DNA of 64,000 nucleotides from Eledone cirrhosa (Eukaryota): NCBI GenBank assembly GCA_964016885.1, contig CAXHJY010000718.1, positions 1 to 64,000 of the forward strand, read 5' to 3'. Shown piece by piece: positions 57,317 to 64,000 of this stretch (position 1 is its first letter; each line of letters starts with the position of its first letter). The notes under the pieces were generated by a model. It saw only the letters and a program-made list of their open reading frames with translations, ran no database searches and was not told where the DNA came from. The position numbers and the translations under genes were made by a program.

Positions 57317-58876
57317 TGTATATATACAAAAATAATATAATCTATAATAGTCCAGGATTTAGAAGAAAAATCTTCCGGTGTCCTATAGCCACAGATCAAT
57401 GACCTAAAACAGCGAAAATATAACCCAATTTACATATATTTTGTTTCTATGGCAATAAACATTCGGAAAGGAAGACGCGAATGAGAAAATATAAGAAATG
57501 GTAATAAACTAATTATAAAACAAATATGGTTATGTCATCAAAGAAATACGTCTTCGTTCCCTTGACGACATACAGGAGAGGAAATGCAATGCTACAGGGA
57601 AGCAAATGAACATTAAATACATAATAATTTGTATTAAAAAAAATATATATATATAATTTTGCTTAAATTTAAATTTTATTGTGAAAATTTGAATTCAAAA
57701 GAAAAATTGAAATAGACAGCGCACTATGCCAAGAATAAACTATGTAAAAACACTTCTGTTTCTAGATGGCTAAACATACATACATACACACATACATATA
57801 TTCCATTTGGCCCCAGGAGATGATTTCACCCTTCAACAAGTTCTTCAGACAGTCTTTCTTTACTTCACCTAGTCATGGTGGCATGTCAACGAGAAATTCC
57901 CCTGGTATAGCAAGTCAAAACCGACCTAGGTTTCTGGGAATCAGAATATGTTTTTTGTACTGTCGATTTTCATGATGTACACAGTGGAGAATAATAGGAC
58001 TATTTTTTTTTCTGAAGCTAAAAATATTTGTGAATAAAAAATATCCTTGTGTATAAGACAACTTAACTATATGACCCTGGGTTATAACAATGTCTATGTA
58101 ATGTTTTAATTTTTTTGTAAACGTGTTGCAAAAAAGGAGAGACGGTTAGCACTCCCCTTGACAAGAACGGAAGAGATCATATGATCTTTCTAACACATAT
58201 GGGCATTGCTCTGCTACTTCAGTCAAGGGCGGTGCCCCAGCATGGCCTCAGTGGGATGGCTGGAACAGGTAAAAGAGTAAAAGAGTTTGTGTCATGCCAT
58301 CCATAAAAACCTCCATCACACACATATATTTTACTATAATATTCACTTACTCATAACGCTAAAGACATAAGACAATCGAATGTTTAACATTTTGTGTAGA
58401 AGCTGGCTTAAACCGAATGTTTAATATTTTGTTCAGAAGCGGGCTTATCCCATTCTAACCGAATTTTTATCATTTTGTGTAGAAAGGGGCTTATCCTTTT
58501 CCAGTTTCAAAAATGTGAGACGAACGACATACAATTACGGTGATTCCAAAATTGATAAATATTATCAATATATTGAATAAAAGTTATAAACACTTGTTAC
58601 CAACACCTATTTGTAATCTAGCCATTTGAAATTACCATTTGTAAACTTAGTAAAAAAATATCATGAACTCGTGTATAGGACGACCTCCTTCTTTGCCCTT
58701 AATTTTAGTTTGGGAATTTTCACGTCATACATGAAAAAATTAGAGTACATATTCTTGAATAAATGATGAATAAACCGATTTTTTTTTAAATGATTTCTTA
58801 ATAATCTTTATCGCATTCAGATATTTCAGAACGATAAAGCACGTCCTTTGGGAAAGATGCCATCTGCAGATGCTTG

Positions 58877-58944
58877 TTAAATAGGTTTGCAAAAGTAAAC
58901 AACATCACTCCTGAACTAGTAGTCCTGCATCAAACAAGGTAAGG
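58877..58944 (+). promoter_or_regulatory. Candidate core promoter and non-coding first exon of the signal-peptide gene
   Basis: TATA-like ttaaata at about 58877, Inr-like catcact about 27 nt downstream, strong donor AAG|GTAAG at 58938/58939. Confidence 0.3.
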
Positions 58945-59365
58945 AAATTATTTAGCAGAAATGTATTATGAATTTAATAATTTATTACGTATTTAGGACC
59001 TTAATTCCTGGTGGAGTCATAGTGGAGCAGTTATGTCATAAGACGTTTCATAAGTTGTGTCATAAGACTTGTTTTGGTCGTTTTAAATTTTGGGTGGAGT
59101 CTATTCATTTCCAGGCTGGAAATGAATAATTCCCACTGCCGACTGCTTTTCCGGAGAAATAACGAGTAAGGGTGAAAGTAAGGAAGAGATATAGACAAGA
59201 CATCGACTCGCACTATTGAACTTGTACATATTTATCTAAGGAATGAAAAGCAATGATGATCCCGGTGTGATTTGAACACCCGTCACAAAGATCCGGAAGA
59301 AATAACACACAGCATTCTATCCAACGTTCTAACGTCTCTCCCTATCTATTTCCCTTATGTAGCAT

Positions 59366-59600
59366 TGTCGTGACTTAGTGGCTAGGGTGTTCAGCTCACG
59401 ATCGTAAAGCCGTGAGTTCGATTCCCATACAGAGCAGTGAGTTGTATCCTTGGTCAAGATACTTTATTTAACGTTGCTCCACCGACTCATTTGCAAGAAA
59501 TTAGTTGTACTAGTAATTTAAAGGGTCGAACTTATCAAACACTCTACCATGCTGAATCTCCCTGAAAAATACCTTATGGAATGCTCAGCCACTTGCACAT
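59366..59600 (+). mobile_element. Second-family tRNA SINE (CORE-like body)
   Basis: tgacttagtgg A-box, gagttcgattccc B-box, tccttggtcaagatacttt. Confidence 0.7.
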
Positions 59601-59894
59601 ATGCCTTTGATAATATGAAGCAATTGAGATCCAACAACACATACATGGAGACACACTCATCTCTGTTCTGCAAATTAATTATTTTAATCAACATAACCTC
59701 CTAATTATTATTTTATAATGTATATGTGGATAATTCAGCTCTTAAGTTGTGCGTTCAAATCCGCTTCACTTGTTTTATTATATTTCTTGATTGTGGACTG
59801 AAATGGACTGGGCTTGGACTGAAATGGACAGGACTTTAAATCCATTCCAAGCATCCAGACATGGATTTTGAGACTGCTGACTGCTGAGGACCAG

Positions 59895-60055
59895 TCACTT
59901 GTTTTCACTGCTCAGCTTAGATGACACTAACAGAATTCTGTGTAGTGAGGGCCAGAGGTGTGTTTTCACTGCTCAGTTAAGGTGACACTGACTAACAGAA
60001 TTCTGTGTACTGAGGGCCAGTTGTCTATTTTACTTCTCAGCCATGGCAACACTAA
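59895..60055. repeat. About 60-bp tandem repeat, 2.5-3 units
   Basis: gttttcactgctcag..gacact..aacagaattctgtgta.tgagggccag repeated. Confidence 0.75.
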
Positions 60056-60399
60056 CTAAAAAGTTTTTTAACATAACAATAAGTTAAAACCACTTCTCAC
60101 CTCAGCTTAGAATCGAGCTCGGTGTCTATTAACAGTTAACCAACAAACTTTTAAAATGCTGGTAATGCCAAATTCAGTGAATTTGGCATTAAAGGGGCCT
60201 TCTGTCTTCCGTTTTCTTTGTCCTCTCTAGCACTGAGTAACCCAGATTCTCTCAAGCGTCTGAAAGAGAACCATCCACGAGCCCTCTCCGGATGACCAGT
60301 TACACAGGCCCGAACCACCAGAATACTTTAGACCGATTTACACCACTGATATCATGTTAAAATTGTTTATTGTTTCGGTTTTTTTTTTCAGAAACAGCA

Positions 60400-60493
60400 A
60401 TGAAGGTCATTTTTATAATGTTGTTGGTAGTGTTGCCCTTGGCAATTGCTACATATATACCAACTGCTGAGGATGTTGATAAAAGAATATCGT
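60400..60493 (+). CDS. First coding exon of a putative secreted prepropeptide (MKVIFIMLLVVLPLAIA-TYIPTAEDVDKR-IS...)
   Basis: Polypyrimidine tract plus CAG acceptor ending at 60391, gcaATG start, hydrophobic h-region with an A-x-A cleavage site, dibasic KR, phase-1 GTATGT donor at 60494. Confidence 0.65.
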
Positions 60494-60664
60494 GTATGTT
60501 ATTTACATTTCATTTCAATTTTAACACGCTTTTTTATGGGTGTTGTTTCGGTTATCTGTACTCGGAGTTCGAATTCAACAGGGACCAAATCTACCATTGA
60601 GGTCCATAATTAAAGTACCATTCTAGTAGTAGAAGTTGATTCTCTCTCTCGCCCTTCTTCTCTC

Positions 60665-60734
<70 letters not shown>

Positions 60735-61166
60735 TATACACACATATATATATGCACGTATCGGTTTACCGAACATTTATTATAATGCTCGGTTTGTTTC
60801 TTTGTAAACAAACAAACAGCCCCAATTACGTCGTACAGTGTTTAGGCAACCACGTCACCTTTTTGTTCAACACTGACACAAGAACGATGTCCTAGTTTCA
60901 AGCTTATTAGCTATCGTCAGCATCGTATACCTTCCTGCCAGATGGTTGAACGTCTGAAATATATACTTTCCTTATGCATATTAACGGCTGAGCAGAATGG
61001 ATGTAGTAAAAACCAGATAGACCATTACCGAGGTCCTGAATCCTTCATATAACTATATATATATATATATAGCTACCCCTATGACTGTTGGACCGATAAA
61101 ATAAAGTACCAGTAATGCACTGGGTAATTGCTGGCCTTGTGCCTAAAGTAGAAACAATTATATATA

Positions 61167-63273
61167 TCATCATCATCATCATCATCATCATCAACGTTTA
61201 ACGTCCGTGTTCCACGCTTGCATGGGTTTGGACGGGGGTAGTCCCACTTGAGGCAAGAGTGATTGTCTTGCTCGCATAGGACTGTCTGGCAGGTTTTCTA
61301 CAGTTGGATGCCCTTCCTAACACCAACCACATTTACAGTGTGGGTCTGGGAGGTTTTTACCGTGTTGCCTACACGGCCACATTACAGCGTGGACTGTGTG
61401 TTTTTTTGTCGTGACACCTACACGATCTCATTTGTTTCGGCCTCGATGGCGCGGCACCAACATAACTTTACATAGAACGGGGTGGGGTGGATGGGGTGGG
61501 GATGGGGGTGGTGGGACGGGGTGTATTTTGTTAGAGATGCCTACTGGCTGGAGTAGGTTTTACTATATATTTAGGTAAGGCGGGTCTTCTCTGTTACTGA
61601 GTACCGCCAAAGGTCTCGGTCCAGTGACATTGTCTTGGAGAGGTGTAAGTGTGTGATGTCGGAGTTTATCAGCTCGTCCCAGGTTTTTCTAGGTCTGCCT
61701 ATTCCGTGACTACCGTCTATCTTTATTGCCCTGCACTTTGTTATACAGCTATCGACTTTCATGCGCATCACGTGTCCATACCAACGTAGCCTTCTCTCGA
61801 GTAAACAACATCTGATCCCTCTTATCTCTAATTTTTTCCTTAGTTCGTTTATGCTTTGCCGTTCACGTATATTACTGTTACACATCCAGCGGAGCATGCA
61901 AGCTTCGTTCCTCTCTAGTCTGCGTATATCCTCTGCACACAATGCCCAGGTCTCACTGCCATGCAGCATTGCTGTTCGCATGCAGGCATCGTACAACCTG
62001 CCTTTCATTTTTAGGGAGAACCCTTTAGCAGCTAATAGTGGTATAAGCTCTCTGAACTTTTTCCAACCAGTTCTGACTCTAGCTACAGTACTTTCAGAGC
62101 ACCCTCCCCCACTGCTGATTTTATCGCCCAGGTAACGGAAGCTGTCCACTATTTCTATAGAACCCTCTGCGCAATTGAAAGAGCTAGTATTTTGTGGGCA
62201 CTTGCTGCTACTTATTGCACCAGAACACCGGCCACATGTAAAATCTATGTTCTTAGTTAGCTTACCTGTGATCCCACTACATCTTTTATGCACCCATACT
62301 TTGCATTTAGGACATAAAATGGAGTTTCTACCTACGCCTTTCCTACACACCGAGCACGACCATTTCCCAGAAGGGACCGCCGCCTTGTTTTCTTTCCTAC
62401 AAACTAGTACTTTGGTCTTAGCCAGGTTAATTTTAAGTCCTTTTGACTCTAGGCCGTGCTTCCATGTTTGGAATTTCTTCTCTAGCTCGGCCATTGATTC
62501 CGCTATCAGTGTCAGGTCGTCTGCGTATAGGAGTTCCCATGGGCAGCCTGTCTTGAACTCCTCTGTTATAGCCTGAAGGGCAATAATAAATAGTAGGGGG
62601 CTGAGAACAGAGCCCTGATGGACGCCAACTTTTACGCTAAACTCTTCACTATATTCGTTGTTAATTCTAACCTTGCTGACTGTTTCTTTATACATGGCTT
62701 GTATAGCCCTCACAAGCCATTCGTCAACGCCTAGTTTTCTAAGAGCCCACCAGATAATGGAGCGGAGGACTCTGTCGAAGGCTTTCTCCAAGTCGACAAA
62801 AGCTAAGTAGAGGGGTTTACCTTTAGCTAGGTACTTCTCCTGTAGTTGTCGTACTATGAAAAGAGCGTCTGTGGTACTTTTGCCTGACACAAACCCGAAC
62901 TGCATTTCATCTAGGTCAATTCTCTCTCTGATTAGTTGCGCTATTACTTTTTCCGTGACCTTCATGACCTGGTCGATTAATTTAATGCCTCTATAGTTAC
63001 TCCTATCTAGGGCGTCTCCTTTACCCTTATAACAGTTAACGATGATGCTGCTATGCCAGTCCTTCGGAACAACCCCATTCTGTACGACTTGGTTAACTAT
63101 GCGGGTGACCATGGTGTGTCCCACCGTGCCAGATGCCTTCAGCATCTCAGCAACTATTTCCGAAGGCCCAGCCGCCTTACCCGTCTTCATATCCTTGATT
63201 GCCTTACTTATTATACTCCCCTCGACTAACACTGCTGGTCCCTCTATTGGGTCGATATGGGGGAGACTGTCTT

Positions 63274-63277
<4 letters not shown>
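61167..63277 (-). mobile_element. 5'-truncated RTE-clade LINE with 3'UTR and (TGA)n tail
   Basis: RT ORF plus (cat)n at 61167-61192; 5' end abuts (TA)n. Confidence 0.92.
61571..63277 (-). CDS. Non-LTR reverse transcriptase (RTE clade) with a PHD-like Cys/His insertion; APE domain missing
   Basis: KGKGDALDRSNYRGI, QFGF, FVDLEKAFDRV, GVHQGSVLSPLLF, LLYADD, FRYLG, RRLRWYGHV, GRPRKTW; no stops over about 568 codons. Confidence 0.93.
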
Positions 63278-63317
<40 letters not shown>

Positions 63318-63356
63318 GATATTAACAAATGGAAACTATATTTATAAAACCATATT

Positions 63357-63421
63357 TATTTCATTATACATATTTCAAGGGCACCAAGTTAAATTATGGT
63401 GTGCTTTCATCAGATAAAATA
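63357..63421 (-). ncRNA. Type I hammerhead motif, family H copy 4
   Basis: Minus strand: tattttat-CTGATGA-aagcacacca..tggtgccctt-GAAA-tatgta-TA-atgaaata. Confidence 0.8.
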
Positions 63422-63468
63422 TAATATAGAGCAGTTTTATAAATAAATATTAACATACCCTTAAAGAA

Positions 63469-63548
63469 TGCAACCATTACTGTTGGAAGCTCCCGGATAT
63501 ATATATATATTTATATATATCCGGGAGCTTCCAACAGTAATGGTTGCA
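63469..63548. repeat. Palindrome with a (TA)n centre
   Basis: tgcaaccattactgttggaagctcccgg / ccgggagcttccaacagtaatggttgca. Confidence 0.85.
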
Positions 63549-63732
63549 AGGAAATGTGGTAAGGAACCAGGTGGACCATAACGCACCAAAGTACTCAATA
63601 CTTAGGGTAGTAGAGTGGGTAATAGGAACGAGTAGGACCCCGACGGCTGAGCTCAAGCCGTTTCGACGGCTAATTCTGGACTGAATAAGCCGTCGAAACG
63701 GCTTGAGCTCAGCCGTCGGGGTCCTACTCGTT

Positions 63733-63735
<3 letters not shown>
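63548..63735 (-). mobile_element. Family A fold-back element (long arm on the minus strand)
   Basis: tttc-gacggctaattc..gaataagccgtc-GAAA-cggc-ttgagctca-gccg-TC-ggggtc. Confidence 0.88.
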
Positions 63736-63771
<36 letters not shown>

Positions 63772-63773
<2 letters not shown>

Positions 63774-64000
63774 CTCAAACTTTCCGCACACAATTCCCAA
63801 TGAACAGTTCACTCTTCTACTCGTGTGCCAATAATACACTTCATGTACTATGTGAAACACAGTTTGTCCTGTTACTCCATACTATTTGAGCAATGGAAAC
63901 TCTCCTCTTTGGTCAATATTGAACTTCACATAGTTATTTTGTAATGCCTGGTCATGGGTTGCACGGATCAACGCTTCTGTTCCAACCTTCAAGTATGACT
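63772..64000 (-). pseudogene. Degenerate R4/Dong-like retrotransposon fragment (zinc-knuckle region)
   Basis: Minus-strand translation LKVGTEALIRATHDQALQNNYVKFNID...GQTVFHIV, then VHWELC in another frame, with a stop and a frameshift. Confidence 0.7.

Noticed and set aside
61761-63347. Plus-strand ORFs overlapping the RT
   Set aside because: They are antisense shadows of the RTE ORF. The N-terminal MLISYIYI.. of the 585-aa ORF also comes from flanking repeat and microsatellite sequence.

Overview
This is AT-rich animal genomic DNA. It is probably from an octopus or other cephalopod, inferred from the (TA)n/(CATA)n microsatellite load and the tRNA-derived SINE and RTE repertoire. Almost all listed ORFs are microsatellite read-throughs. 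Real coding traces are a 5'-truncated RTE LINE with an open RT frame and a PHD-like insertion (61167-63277, -), R4/Dong-type fragments (38175-38725; 63772-64000), an RTE fragment, three bipartite non-autonomous RTE copies and one likely host exon encoding a signal peptide plus a propeptide ending in KR (60400-60493). The main signal is non-coding. The short islands between (TA)n tracts belong to about a dozen unrelated element families built around type I hammerhead ribozyme (HHR) motifs. Eight complete or near-complete HHRs can be folded by eye, and one family has a core with no helix II. About 15 palindromes share one grammar: TTTC-[helix II hairpin]-GAAA-[short, often palindromic helix III]-UH, as if the element folded back at helix II and overwrote the CUGANGA strand. 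This best fits microsatellite-targeting Penelope-like pLTR remnants or non-autonomous retrozyme-like elements. No Penelope ORF is visible in the window, and all folding was done manually without tools.
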